Source: Camelus ferus (Eukaryota). From it: DNA of 64,000 nt. Below are positions 12,386-25,489 of the stretch, piece after piece; positions within the stretch are counted from its first letter, which is position 1; every line of letters begins with the position of its first letter. The position numbers were made by a program, and so were the translations under genes. The stretch is from contig NC_045696.1 of NCBI RefSeq assembly GCF_009834535.1, positions 59,522,001 through 59,586,000 on the forward strand, given 5' to 3'. The notes below the pieces were generated by a model that worked only from the letters and a program-made list of their open reading frames with translations, did no database searches and was not told where the DNA came from.

Positions 12386-13944
12386 AGCTCTGCCCGGAGC
12401 ACTATGCCAGGTGATGGGAATGCACAGAGACACAGCTCCTGCCCTTGAGGGGCTTATAAGTTAGTGCTGGAATGTCATTGCTCAAAGGGCCCCGAGAGAG
12501 AACGCGATCCCAAAGGATGAGACTTGCCCAAGATCATATAGCTGCTGACAGCTGAGATTCATCCCCAGCCTGCCTGTCCAGTAAGACCCACCCAGGCAGT
12601 CATACTCAGATCTGAACATTATTTTTCACCTGTTCCATCTTTATAAAGTTTGCCCTCTATGGTTATTTATCTCTAACACAGATTTCCCTAAAACAGGCAC
12701 CACCCATTCTCATTTGTTTTTCACAACCGTGATTTTGTTAACTCAGCATTGCTGATGCCTTTCTTTGTAGGATATATCTTGAATAATATCCATTTGCCCA
12801 AGGTAATATTTAGTATTAAAGTTCTCAAGTAAGTTTTGCTGGTGATGATCTAATCATTAATAGACAAGTAGATAATAGATAATTCTTTGGGCAGGATGAG
12901 TGTCCAGAAAGAGAGAAGGGTTGAGGTGCAACTGAACTGGGGGAGGTAGAAAGGGGAGAAAGGGAGGGCTCTGCTTGTCAGGGTTGCTTCCTGGCTGGAG
13001 TGAAGATAGGGGAACTTTCCCATCTGCCGAACTGGGGGCACTCTATCCCTCTCCCTGTAGTAGGAAGCTGCTACTGAAGGGTCTGTTCCAGTCTTCTACA
13101 AGCACTCCCCAGCTAGAATTGGCAGGGCTGGGGAGTGAGCTTTAGAGGCTTGCCCCCAATGTGCTCAGACCCTCCTGCCTGGAAATTTCACAGACCCTTG
13201 GTACCCCTTTGTGCTCTCCACCTCACCTCCATTCCTCTCTGCCCTACTTTCTGCTTTCTCTTCCCTTCCCCATCATGGCCTTCTCCCTTGGTGCTTACTT
13301 TGAATTTATGAATGCAAACTCTGTTCTGACTGAGCATTGATCCTTCTGTGATGAGCACCTTCCCAGGAAGGACTTGAGTGCCTCCATCTGGCAGAGCTCG
13401 GAGGCTGATGGGTCCTGGAAGGCGCTGAAAGTCCCTCAGGAGTTACTGAGCCACAGGGCTTTGTTGATCCATAGTAATTTTAAACATCTTTAATACCCTC
13501 AATTCCTTTTTAATTATTATGTTAACAAGTGACAAGAGAGTCACCACCCAGGGTCACTGCTTTCTGATAACACCTGTGCTCAGCATGTCCTTGACCTCAA
13601 CATGCTACTTCTGGAACCTTGAATACCAGGCTAAAGGATAAAAGGCTCACCCTTTATAACTAGTGGGGAGCTCCTGAAAGATTTTGAGCAGAGGAAACAG
13701 GTGATCAGAGTGGAGGTCTGTAGTAATTTCATGCCACTTGGTGGACTGGGTTGGAGTGGGCGGATCCTGAGGCCACAGTCACGGTGCAGCCATACAGCAT
13801 GAACTCAGGTGATGAGGCAAGGGTAGACTGGAGAATATTTATGAAAAAAATCACTGGAAATTGCTTTACATTTTGTTTATAGGAAACAAGGGAGGTGTCA
13901 TGTATGACTATGAAACCATATTTTTCAAATGTGGTCCTTGGACC

Positions 13945-14647
13945 TGTTAATGAACTGAACTCAGGTCTGCTTGTCCAACTCACAGCAAAGACAATCTACT
14001 GACATCAGGTTGTGGTGAAGGAAAGTACAGCATTTATTGCAGGGGGCAGCAAACAAGGAGAGCAGGAAGCTCATGCTCAAAAGACTCAAACTCCCTGATG
14101 CTTCCAAGAAAGGGTTTTTAAAGGCAACATTAGGGGTAGGGATAGCAGGATATGTGATCAGCTCATAGCCATTTTTCTGATTGGTGGGGAGATAACAGGG
14201 TGATGTTTGGTGGATCTCAGTCATCAACCTTCTGGTTCCAGCCAGTCTGGAGTCTACTTGCTTGTGGTCAGCATGTAGTCACCGTCCTGTGCTAGGTTGG
14301 TGAGGTTGGCAGTGGGGGTCTTAGTTTCTTCAGAGCAACTCAAAGATGCGTCAGATTGTTATCTGTATCCTTTCGGGAAGAACTAAGAGTCCTCTGACTC
14401 CATTGTTCTAATCATTAACTGCTTGAATCTGCTTTTTGGAATTCAGGGAAGGCCAAACAAGAACAGGGGACATGGAGGGGCCCTGGAAGGCCATGCAGGG
14501 GCCTGCTCATTGTCAGGCCCCTCTTTTCTTTGAAGCTCTTCAGTCCTGATGGGAACAGGGGCAGGACAAGAACAGGAATACAGTTTTGGATAGAGAGGTT
14601 AATCATAAACTTGGCGGGGAACTCGGTTTTAGGGAGACTCCATTTCA
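13945..14647 (-). mobile_element. ERV1-type LTR, antisense to KALRN, inserted in a MER5-like element (halves ~13915-13944 and ~14650-14816)
   Basis: TG...CA ends, flanks gacc/ggcc, minus-strand AATAAA (14033-14038) and TATA-like TTTAAAA; MER5 sequence on both sides. Confidence 0.65.
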
Positions 14648-15689
14648 GGCCCCTGGCATTAAAATCATCTGGTCAGAGTAGGGGCTTGTTAAAAACAGAT
14701 TGTCTGGCCTTATTCCACACTTTTCGATTCAGAATCTGTGGGTAAGATGGTGCTTATATTTTAAAAAGAACCCCAGGTGATTATTCTGAAGCATTCTGAA
14801 GTTTGAGAAGCACTGACTTGAGAGGTTCAGTCCTTAGTGATGAGAAGTGTGGTGACACCACAACAAGAATCAAAGGCACCAGGGTTAGGAGATTCTCTCA
14901 GGGAGGTGCCAAGGACAAGGACGTGTTCTACTCAGCTTAGCCTGTTGGGAAGGGACAGGTGTGGACTAACTGGGAGTGGGGGTGCGGTCTCTTAGCTGGC
15001 TTCCACTCAGCATCACATCCGTCAGGAGGAAGGACCATGGTTCTCAGGGGAGGAGGGTCTGTACACCTGCAAATGACTTTCAGCTGAGCCCTCTCAGAAG
15101 ACTGATGGCTTTTCCTGCCATAGCAAGACATTTATTTTGATCATGCTTGTTTCAAAGAGTGGATAGAAAATGAATTGTGGGTAATTGGGCCTTTCAAGTG
15201 GCGCCTGCAGGCTTTCTGGTCACAGCCAATGGGGAGCAGAGGATGAGATTTCCCCCTTCAGAACTAATGCTCAGCGTGCTGAGCAAGGAGACAGAAATAC
15301 TGATGTGATGGACTGTCCTGGGTGCTCTCACACATTGTGTGTACTTGAGCCTTTAACAGAACACAGTGTGTTGTTGACACCTGATGGCATGTAAACTCCC
15401 CTTCAGGGACCTGAAAATAACGGCTTTCTCCAGAGTAGGGAGGCCAGGGCTGGGGCGGGGGTGAGGGGGAGCACTCCTTTAGCTTACTTCAAATAATAAA
15501 GCGTCTCGCCTGTTTTATCATGGATCAAATTATGACACAGACTTAATAACATATTTCAAATAAGACAACTGATCAAAGAGAGCCAGAGGAGGGGATCAGA
15601 GAGTTGGGATTCTGATTTCACAACTACTTATAAAATATCTCCATTTCTTTGAACGGTTTTTGCCCTTAAGGAAGTTCTCAAATCAGATT

Positions 15690-16740
15690 GGTTGAGTTCA
15701 TTGACTCGTTTATTCAGCAGGTGCTCTTTGAGACACAGCGACATACCAAACAAAGCCCCTGCCCACTGGGAGCTTACATTCAGGAGGTAGAGAGAAAACA
15801 CTGCCACAAACAAACCAACATGTCGAGGCCCTAGAGTGAGAGCCAGTGACATCCGAGCAGAGAGCTGAATGAATAGGCCATGGGGTGTGTTTAAGTAGAG
15901 GTTCCAAGCATGTGAAATGAGGCCTACAAAGTCCTTGGGACCAGGGCAAGCTAGGTGCATTCATGAAAGCAGGAGAATGGCCCGAGTACCAGGTGAATAG
16001 AGAGGAGGGAAAGAGGGTAAGAAGTTTGAAGGAATGGACTGGGTCCAGATCAAATCAGGCCTTAAAAGCTATGGAGAGAATTTGAATTTTTTAAGTGTGG
16101 TGGGAAACAATTGCAGAGTTTTGATAAGAGGAGTGTCATGATTTGATCTATGTTTAAAGAAATGTTATGTTTAAAGATCTGGCTACCATGTGGATGGGTG
16201 TCAAGACTAAAAGGAGAAAGACCACTTGGAGGGCTGGTGGGCTGAGTAGGGACAGATGGTGGCTTGGACTAGGTGGTTGTGGCGGAAATCAGTGCACAGG
16301 AAAGAGCAAATAATGCAGACTCTCAGGCTTGCGGCTGAGCAGTTGGGTGAACTGTGGTGTCTTTGAGACAAGGAAAACCAGGAAAGGCGGGGAGTAGGGG
16401 CAGAAGGGAATAAAGAGTTCGTTTTAGGTATGTTTGAGATGCCCATTATATACCAAGTTGGAGAGGAAGAGTAGGCAGTTGGGAACAGGAGTCTCTATCT
16501 CAGGAGAGAAATGAAGGCTGGAACTGTGAATATGGAAATTACCAGCACATAGATGATATTTTAAGCCATGGAACGGGGTGAGATCGTGCACGGAGTAAGA
16601 GAAGAGTGAGAAGAGGTCCAGAACTGAGCCCTCAGACATTGCAAAATTTGGAGGCTGGGAAGATAAGGATTCAGAAAAGAAGATGACGGTGGAGATCAGT
16701 GAGCTGGGGGAATTCCCAGGGAGGATGGTGTCCGAGGACA
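15690..16740 (-). mobile_element. L2 LINE 3' portion
   Basis: 'ttcattgactcgtttattcagcagg' tail; 'gagttcgttttaggtatgtttgagatgccc' and 'ggtccagaactgagccct' L2 motifs. Confidence 0.8.
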
Positions 16741-16809
16741 TCTGTTTGCAAAACATCTCCATTTTGTTTAATGAAAAAATGTTTCCAGAAAGGGAAGGCT
16801 CTCCCTCTT

Positions 16810-18040
16810 AAGTGGGGCTGAGCGAGGTAGGTATCTCTACAGGGTAGGAGGGCTGCAGTGGCCCAGGGAGGTCAGAGCCCAAGTGGGCTGAGGATGGCTT
16901 TGGTGGGAGGGCAGCCCAGCACTGGGGGTCCTCAAGGAAGGATGGTCCCGAGTGGAGTGAAGTGAGAGTCCTTATGCAGGGGAAGTCTGGTGTCAAAGGC
17001 TTATGCAAGTCCTTATGCAGGGTGTCGAAGCCCAAGCAAGGTGAATAGAACACCTATAGAGGATGGTGGCCCCGCATAGGTGCAGACACTGAGCAGGTCA
17101 AGGAGGCCATCTGTGAGGAGTGGGGGCTGTGGTGTGCAGTGTCACAGCCTGGGCAGAGGTAGGAGGGCATCCATGCACAGAGGGAAGCCCAGCCTAGAGG
17201 ATCGGAGTCCAAGCAGGGTGAGGGGGTGTCCACATAGGGTAAGGTAAACTTACCCAGAGGAAGTTTATTAGAAGATGGTCTTGGAATCAACCCCTGAGGA
17301 AGGGAAGGGAAGAAGCAAGATTAGACAGAGGGTGACATTGAGCTACAATGTCATCTCAAGGGAATCCTTAGTCAGCCCTACTGGGTGTTCTGAAGAAGGT
17401 CCCAGGTTGTGGAATGAGGTCTGGGCCTTGGTATGCTGGGGTCCATCACTGGTCAATGTAAGAAGGGGCCTTGGGCAAAGCTACTTTCTTCAGTCAAGGG
17501 TAATAATCCCCAAAGGGGACTGACACCCGAGGGTTGTCTGCTTGCTGGTGGCACTATCAGCAGCGTGGTACAAAGTCCTTTATGGCACATCAGGCATCTA
17601 CCACCTCCATGGTCTCAGACTGCCACCTCCATATACTTATTCATTACAAAGGAATAAGAGTGACTTTTCTAGAAAAAAATCTGGAAGACACTACCTTGAC
17701 CAAGTGATCAATGTTAACATCACCAGTAATGGAACAAATTGAAACTATATCCCACCAGATAGAATGCAGTGGAAAGAACAAGAATCATTTCTATATTTCT
17801 GATTCTAATCATGAAAAAATATCAGACAAACCTAAACTGAGGGACATTTTACAAAGTAATAGGTCTGTAACTGTTAAAAGTGTCAAAGGCAGGAAAGACA
17901 AGGGAAGCCTGAAGAACTCTTCCAGAATAAAGGGACAGCTGAACATGACATGTGCCTCTGGACTGCATCCTTTTGCTCTAAAAGTCAGTGTCGGGACAGA
18001 TGGCAAAACTCGAATAGGGTCTGGGAATCAGACAGTAGCA
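16810..18040 (+). mobile_element. L1MC-like 3'UTR region interrupted by an old LTR-like segment (~17240-17610)
   Basis: 17650-18040 'gacactaccttgaccaagtgatcaatgttaacatcaccagtaatgg...aaactgagggacattttacaaa' is typical of L1MC 3' ends; degenerate GC-rich tandem units upstream. Confidence 0.55.
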
Positions 18041-18049
18041 CTGTTGCCA

Positions 18050-18255
18050 GAACTACTTGGGATTGAATACTAACTCCACTATTTGGTAGCTGTGTGAGCT
18101 CAGGCAAGTTAATTAACCTCTCTGAGACTCATTTTCTTCATCCAGACATGGGGATAATGACTCTCACCATCCCAGGGCTATGGTGAGGTAGCATAAATGA
18201 GATGATGGGTGGGTTCCCTGACCTAGTGCTAGACAAAGTGCAGACCCTCCACAGA
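18050..18255 (+). mobile_element. MIR SINE
   Basis: 'tgtgtgagctcaggcaagttaattaacctctctgagactcattttcttcatc'. Confidence 0.8.
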
Positions 18256-20199
18256 CAGTAGCCTCTTCTGAGGAGGGGAGCTGAGCTGCCTTACCCTCAA
18301 TGTAATAAAATCATGAAATATTTTCTTTGGAAGGGGGTGTACGGAGATGGTCTTATCTGACATTATCATTTGGCAGTGAGGTCCAGAGGAGAAAGCACAG
18401 GCCTAGCTGGGCCACAACTGGTTAGGGGCAGAGCTGGGATGAGAACCCACTTCCTCTGTAAGTTATGGTGTCTTTAACTTAGAATGATCACAGTGGTGCC
18501 ACATTTCAATGATGCTTTAAGAGCCTAAAACACTTTTATATGTAAATAGAGCTTAGACACCAACTTAAAACTTTGTTCTAAAGGTGGTTGCCTCTAAGTG
18601 CAGGGGCCTCCTGCACTGGGCTGGGTGATCCTTGAGGTCTTGCCCAATACTGAGATTCTATCATGTTAGAAGAATCCAAAAAAATCAGAGTCCCAGGACA
18701 GAAATCAGCTAGGCCTTTGATTTTCTCCCATTAACTTGTTTGCATTCATGGCCGCTGTTCAGAAAATATCAGTAGTTCTCTTCAAAAAATCTTTTCTCCC
18801 CAGCAGCTAGAAAGGACTGTCTCCTCTCTTGAAAAGTGCTCTGTCTTGATTGTATGCTGGTTGGAATAAACACAATTAGATGAGGAAGAAAGGGGGTGAT
18901 TAGGGAATTATGCATAATGGCTGTTAGATTGGCTCCCAAATCCGGTTCAGGATGTGAGTGTCTCTCTTGGAAAAGGCTGCTCTGGGAAAGGACTAATTCT
19001 GGTTGAAAAGTTGGGGCATGAGAAAGGAGGAAGTGCTTTACAAGTTGTTTACAAGACTGCCTGCCTGCTATAGTGGCGAGGAGTCCCAGGCTGACCAGGG
19101 CTGCTGTTCCCAGTGACAGAGCAAAGAGTAGGCCTCTTGCTGGTAGAGCAAGACAGTAGGCCAGCCATATTTGCACTTGACAATTGACGGCTATATACGT
19201 TCATTGAGTAACTCGTGTGTGTTCAGTGCTGATGGTGATGCTGGGGGCAATGAGGGGTGAAAGGGTGGAATACAATAGTGGAAACCCCATACTTCTTCAG
19301 GAGCTAATCTCCTGCCAAGTGAGGCAGCGGAGAGGGTGGACACACAGAAAAAGAAGTAATGAGAAAGAGTTACAGTGGGCGTACAGAGCTGAAGACCTTC
19401 ACCCCAAAGTCGTGTATTGGGGGATGAGTTTGAGTTGAGTTCAGTCCACTCTGTGCTGAAGACCAGGCTGTGTCCAGGAATCACAAGGAGGTCAGAGTCT
19501 CGTGAGAGATCAGCCTGTGGGCACTAATTGTGGTTTGAACAGAACCGAGAAGAGTGACACCCCTCTAGCTTGAGTGGGTTGTTAAAGAGAAAAGGCTTTC
19601 CAAAACTAGAGATTTTGAGATGGTGCTTAAAGGCTGAGTAAGAAGGAGCCTAGGAAGTTATTTAGAGGGAAGAAAGATAAGGACATTTCAAGTAAAGTTA
19701 AAAATAGCAAGAGCAAACTTCAGGAGGTGAGAAACAGCTTTTGGGGTGTCTAGGTGTGGGCCAGGAACTCATGGGGTGGGAGGTGGGGTTGGGGGGATGA
19801 GGCTAGTCACAGAGGACTTTGTGTTTCAGGTTAAGGGGTCCCTCGAAAACATCCCAGTGAAATGCCCCTTCAAGAATGCGTGGATTAATTCCATGTAAGC
19901 CTAAATTTGTGTTTTTGGGGTAGATTTCTTGTCCCTAATTTCTTTTTATTGTAGAACCCAGCTCTATGAACAATTTCTACTTTACTTTTAAACCTTAGTG
20001 TATAAAATTATTTCTTTGAAATTAAAGGTACATCTTGCCAGAATCAGATTGACAACTATCATTGGGTGCTACTTCCTACTCAGGTTCAGAGGCACACCTG
20101 TCATTTATTAAAACCAGAGTGTGAGTATGAAAATGGAAAGAAAACTTAAGAAAAAGTCTTAATTTTTGTGCTGTCCCTTGTAACTCACTTGCCTCTGCA

Positions 20200-20885
20200 C
20201 CAGTGACAAGTTCCTCTTCCACGCAGTTATTCAAGCCTAACCCCTAGGGGGTCAGTCTTCTCCCTGCCTCTTCCTCACCCCATGCCCAGTCACCAAATCC
20301 TGCCCATTCTGTCTGCTAATCTCTCCGCAGACACTGCCACTGGCCTCACCTGAGCCACCATCGCCTCTTGTCAGGATTTCTGCCAGAACCTCCTGTTCCC
20401 CACCTCCGTGCTTGCCTTCCTCCAACTGATTCTCTGCAAAGCAGTCAGAGCAATAATTTTTAAATGCAGATCTAGTGATGTCCTTCTCCTTTCAGCCCTT
20501 CAGTGGCTTGGAGGCTGAACGCTGGAATCGGACTCCGCACACCAGGCTTGAGCGCCACCTGGTGCCTGCCCTCTCTGGGCGCGTTTCCTACTTAAGCCTA
20601 CCCAAGCCAGGCTGGTCTTTTTAATTCCAAGCTTAGTTAAGTTCTCGTCTCTCTCAGACCTCGGCTAAACCTCACTTCTTCATACTGAAATTCTCTTCTG
20701 TTGGCACTTGTCACCCTTGCAGTTATTGATGAACTGTGTGATTTCGTGTCTAGTGCTCATTACCCACCGAGCCTGCGCTCCTGGAGTCAGGACTGCACCT
20801 GCCTTGTTCAGTCTTGCACCTCGGGCTGTCCTAGTGCCTGGCGCTAGGCTGCAGTGAGACTAACACCTGCTTGAATATGTGGATA
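20200..20885 (+). mobile_element. L2 LINE 3' fragment
   Basis: 'ccagtcaccaaatcctg', 'agcagtcagagcaataatttttaaatgcagatc', 'ctagtgcctggc'. Confidence 0.7.
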
Positions 20886-22424
20886 GTCATATCCCACATG
20901 TGCTCCTCTGCATCCTGAAGACCCCTCAGACAAAAAAAAAGGAAAACACCTCCTATTGTTGGAAACTTGAATACTAATTCAGAGCCATAAATAGGTATGA
21001 GTAACCATCATCCTGGACTATCCTGACTATAACTGATAACTGAGTATTTTTAATAAGATCTTGTGGATGAGATCAATTAAGTAGGAGGCAGCTAATAAGG
21101 GGTACCTCGATGGGTGCTTAGACTTTGGTAGGGTCCAGGGTAAGGCAGGAAACTCAATTTATTCTTCAACCAGTGATGTTCAGATTCTGAGACTCACTAG
21201 ACTTAAATGCTGCACATTAATTTACGGTGTGTCATGTAATTGTCAGGCACTGATGGTGTCATTTCTCTGCCGTGCAGTCCATGTAGGAAGCTGGATTGTA
21301 CTCCCAGGGTTCAGAGACATCAAGGGTCAAGAGAGCTATGCTGGCTCTGAATGAACTATGTGAAACAAGATTGCCAGAAGTCATCATACATTGATTATGT
21401 TTATCTGTCCTCAGGTACTTTTTCAGTCTCAATGTATTGCTAAAGTAATTTTGTCACCAAGATCCAGGTCTAATAGCAGAAGATGGACTAAATGGAGGCC
21501 ATATAACATCACAGGGCAGTCAAAGTAATGTTTAAACTAAGTAAAATTCTCTTAAATATGAAATAAATCAATTTTTAAGTTGTAAAGGTAGAGCTAATTA
21601 AGTAAACTAAGTGTCACTAACTGAAAACAAATGGACATTTTGAAGAAAGCAAAATGACTTTAAAAAGAAATAAACTGCTTTTTAAAAAAAAGTTTAGAAG
21701 TTGTGAATCACCCTCAGGGAGTATAAAAGCTAACCATTTGTGAGCTAGTGGATGAGAAACGTTTCTCTTTAACCAATTTGCTTTAGAATATTATTTAGAA
21801 TATTTATTAAAGCTAGAGATAAAAATGAAATGGAATAAAATAAAATTCATGAATAAAGTGCCAGACAAGCAAGTCACATTTAACTGCTCAAAACAAAATA
21901 AAAAAAAAAAACAATCATAATCTGAAAATATTGCATAAATTTCAAAGCACTCATGAAAGGATCCAAGACAGCTCTTTTGTTTTAAAAATTATCTCCAAGC
22001 TTCAGTTCATTCTCAAAAAAGGAATTAATAAAAGTTAAAGTATGCATGAAAATGATAAAACGACACTATCCACAGTACACAATGCATGGGAAAGTTTGTG
22101 ACTAGTTTTACCTTTGACCTTGCACCCTGACACTTGCCATCCCCTTTATAGTACAGAATTGTGGGGTCACAATGTGGCAAATTAAGTACAAATGCATTCT
22201 CCTGATTTTTTTGTTATTGAAATTTCACCATAAGTAATTCAAGAGAAAAGTTGGCTCTTCTTCCTTCAAAGAAAGCAATATTTAAAGTTCCTTTCAGTGT
22301 TGCCTTTCATTGTTTGCAAAAGGTAAAAATTCATTTCATTTTCTACTGCAATTTCTTTTTACAGATGTACCTCCAGAATATTTTTTAAATGGCCAGAATT
22401 TGTTATATAAAGTGTCTCAAATCT

Positions 22425-22584
22425 TTTTTAAATTGAAATATAGTTGATTTACAATATTGTGTTAGTTTTGGGTGTATAGCAAAATGATTCAGCTATATAT
22501 ATGTATTTTTCAGATTATTTTCCATTATAGATTATTAGAAGATATTGAATATAGTTCCCTGTGTTATATAGTAAATCCCTGTTA
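22425..22584 (-). mobile_element. Short 5'-truncated cetartiodactyl-type L1 3' end with TSD
   Basis: 'tagttgatttacaatattgtgttagttt...gaatatagttccctgtg'; degenerate TSD ataaagtgtctcaaatct (22407-22424) / ataaagtatttgaaatct (22585-22602). Confidence 0.8.
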
Positions 22585-22721
22585 ATAAAGTATTTGAAAT
22601 CTTTACACTAATGTTTATATAAAGTAATTTTTTACAAAAGCCTTTTTTTCCCTTCACTTTAATAGACAATTACCTGACCTGGCTTTGTACTGTGCATGTT
22701 TGTTAAACCTCGTTTTGTATA

Positions 22722-22762
22722 TATGTGTATACACACACAACACACACACACACACACACATA
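22722..22762. repeat. (TA)/(CA)n microsatellite
   Basis: Interrupted CA run. Confidence 0.9.
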
Positions 22763-24170
22763 TGTATTTCTCTAATTAATACCATCTTGGTATGACTTTA
22801 TGATACTGCCACTGAAGACTTTGAGAGCGTCCATACTTTGCACAGTTGCAGGCATTAATTTATTTCAAATGTCAGAGGAAGTGAAGCCAAAGGCTAGATT
22901 CTGTAGAACCAGAACTCCTGTGCCTACCGTCCATGGAATGATTTGATCTGTCTGCTTGCCACAGGGCAATCCATAGAAGAAACAAAGGAATGGATTAAAG
23001 CATTCTTTGAAACAGGGCTAGTTCATCTAAATTATTTTCCCAAAGGTCCTTCCAAAATCTGAGCAAACTAGTACCTCATTCATCAAATGTTTCGTTGAAG
23101 TTTAGTACAGTAGGAGCAGAGTGGGCTTAGTTGAGTTTTGGCAGGATCTGCAACAGGTGTGTCTGTACTGTAATTCTGATTTAATTGTGGCCATCTGATT
23201 TATTGAGTGCCAGCTCCTCAGAGCCCAGATGAACCGCTTCCCTTCTGCCCGGGAGGCATACATTTTGTTAGGTTGTGTGGGCAAATGCACAATGGACTAA
23301 ATACTTTGATCCTCCCTACAGTTCAAGGCTTTTACCCTAGGGTTTCCAATTCCCCTGTCAAGTGCCCTCCAGGACCACATATTTTCTCCCCTCTTCAACA
23401 TCTCCTCACTCATCTCTCCACTGCTCCAGTGACCAATTTGACAGCTTCTCTCAACTCCAAATGTCAAAATGTCTTATGACCAGATCACTAGATTTTAAGT
23501 CTGGAGAACAAAGAGAACTCTACTGCTACCCAGGAAAATCATAGCTACTAAAGACCTTACTTATCTGGTTGGTTGATGTTGATAGGAAGGAGGTGGAAAG
23601 GAGACAGAGAGGGCAGTTGTCTTGAGGATCAACTGTCTTGAGCATAGCTCCAGGGGAGACTGACTACTCTGGACTTTCTTTCCAAGATTAGGAAGAGTGT
23701 CCCAGGAGCACAAGGAGGCAGGACCCCCAGTACTGGTTTCCCCCTGCTATGAGCATTTTTATGGTGGAAGGAGGGCCAAGGAACTGCCCTGACCTGATAC
23801 TGCCTAATTTCCTGGAAATGTGTCTGACCTTACATGGTTGGAACAAAGGTAGTGAGGGGGTTGAACTGTGCCTGATGGTCTGTGTAGCTTGTTTAAAATA
23901 ATGGGCTAATTAAGGCTGAGAAAACTGAAAAAGTAATTAGGGGAGATTCTGGACATCAAAGAAGATAAGCTGAATGTTGTTAAGGGTGAGATTGTTATAT
24001 TGCCAGTGACAGTAATGAAATCCCCTGTATCTGCTGTGGATTGGGCATTTCCACCTGACTGCTGCTTTCTGACTGTGTTGGGGACTTGAGGAGCCTAGCG
24101 GTCACACATATTGTCACTTGTCTTTCCTTCTGCCAAGAAGTCATTGTTTCTGTCTTCCCTCTCTGGCCAG

Positions 24171-24293
24171 GTGTTAGACTGGATTGAAAACCATGGCGAA
24201 GCCTTTCTCAGCAAACACACAGGGGTCGGGAAGTCTCTGCATCGAGCCCGGGCCCTGCAGAAGAGGCATGATGACTTTGAAGAGGTGGCTCAG
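24171..24293 (+). CDS. KALRN: Kalirin coding exon (~exon 10), 123 nt, phase 0-0
   Basis: Acceptor cttccctctctggccag|GTG, donor CAG|gtgaga. Encodes VLDWIENHGEAFLSKHTGVGKSLHRARALQKRHDDFEEVAQ, with the spectrin helix-A Trp. Confidence 0.97.
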
Positions 24294-25489
24294 GTGAGAT
24301 GCTGTAGATGGCTGTGTGCTGTGCGCACGTGTGTGTGGAGCCGGGTATGGGAGACCAGGGTTATGGCTTTGGTGTTTGGTGGACGTGTTGGTTGGATAGC
24401 CCATGGCTATTGGACTGCCTTCCTACCTGATGCAAGGAGACTCTTGTCTGCTCTTGGATCGCCAGGTGAGTGTTAAGTAAACCCTCAGTTTATGGTCTTC
24501 AAAGAAAATCTTCCTGCCAGCATGCTTTGTCAATACCTTGCCCACAAGGTGGTGATGGCAGGAGAGATGCTGTTATTAGAACCATCAACAGGCCAAAGTT
24601 ACTGCTTATGGTTATCGCTGCAGGCAAGTGGGAACTGAAAATTAACATGAGCTCCACTTGCAAAGCTGTGTACCTTCCAGGACCTGGAGGAAAATGGAAC
24701 CTGTTCACCAAGCAATGCACCCACAAGGCTGAATGTGCCCAGAGAGTGTGCCTTTATGTCACTGGCAAAATATGTGGTCTGTCATTTGCACAATGTTTAC
24801 CTTTTAGCTGAGCTGCATACCTGATCTAAAAAGGGCACCGTTTTCTAATTTTCACAAAGATGCTGTGTGAGAACTTAACCATTTGTCTTAATGATGGAGT
24901 GTTACAGGAGGGTTTCTGTCCTAAGCCTCTACCCTCCAAATTTTATCCGAACTCCCTTATATTCCTCTCAAGGAGTTTTCCAAATGGATCCTGCAAATCT
25001 TCATTTTCAAGATGAAATACTGCTGTCCAGTTATTTTGTCAGGTGTGATCAGTTGTAGTAGGAAATCAAACTCTTAAGAAGGCAGAGGAGGGGAACCTGG
25101 AAGGGCATCAGTGTGGAACAGAGAGGTGGCTGCTGCTGGAGTAGGGAGTCTGACAGAGCTTAGGTTTGCCACATCACAGCATTAGCCAGGGCTGGCTCTG
25201 GTCCCATTACATGGGCAGTCCTCAGTGTGGTGTCATGCTGGGCGCTGTCCAGAGCCCCAAACCTCACCCAGGAAGGTGACCAGCGCCAGACGGATGTGAG
25301 CTGTGGGTGTGAAAGGAGAGGGCCTGCCAAGGAAGGAACCTGCTGGAGGACGGGGTGTAGTGGGAACACATCCCATCTCCAGGGGAGCCACAAGTGATGC
25401 TGACAAGAGCCAGAAGGGCTGTGTCAGCAGTGACCTGAACCTGGGGAGGCGGGTGGATTAGACCCAACTTACAGAATAAAGAAAGCCTC

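Noticed and set aside
16840..17235. CRISPR-like repeat-spacer array
   Set aside because: Mammalian intron, highly diverged units, no cas genes; better explained as an L1-internal array.
21400..22400. AT-rich ~1-kb block as a possible transposase fossil
   Set aside because: I could not find TIRs or recognisable transposase motifs by eye; left unassigned.
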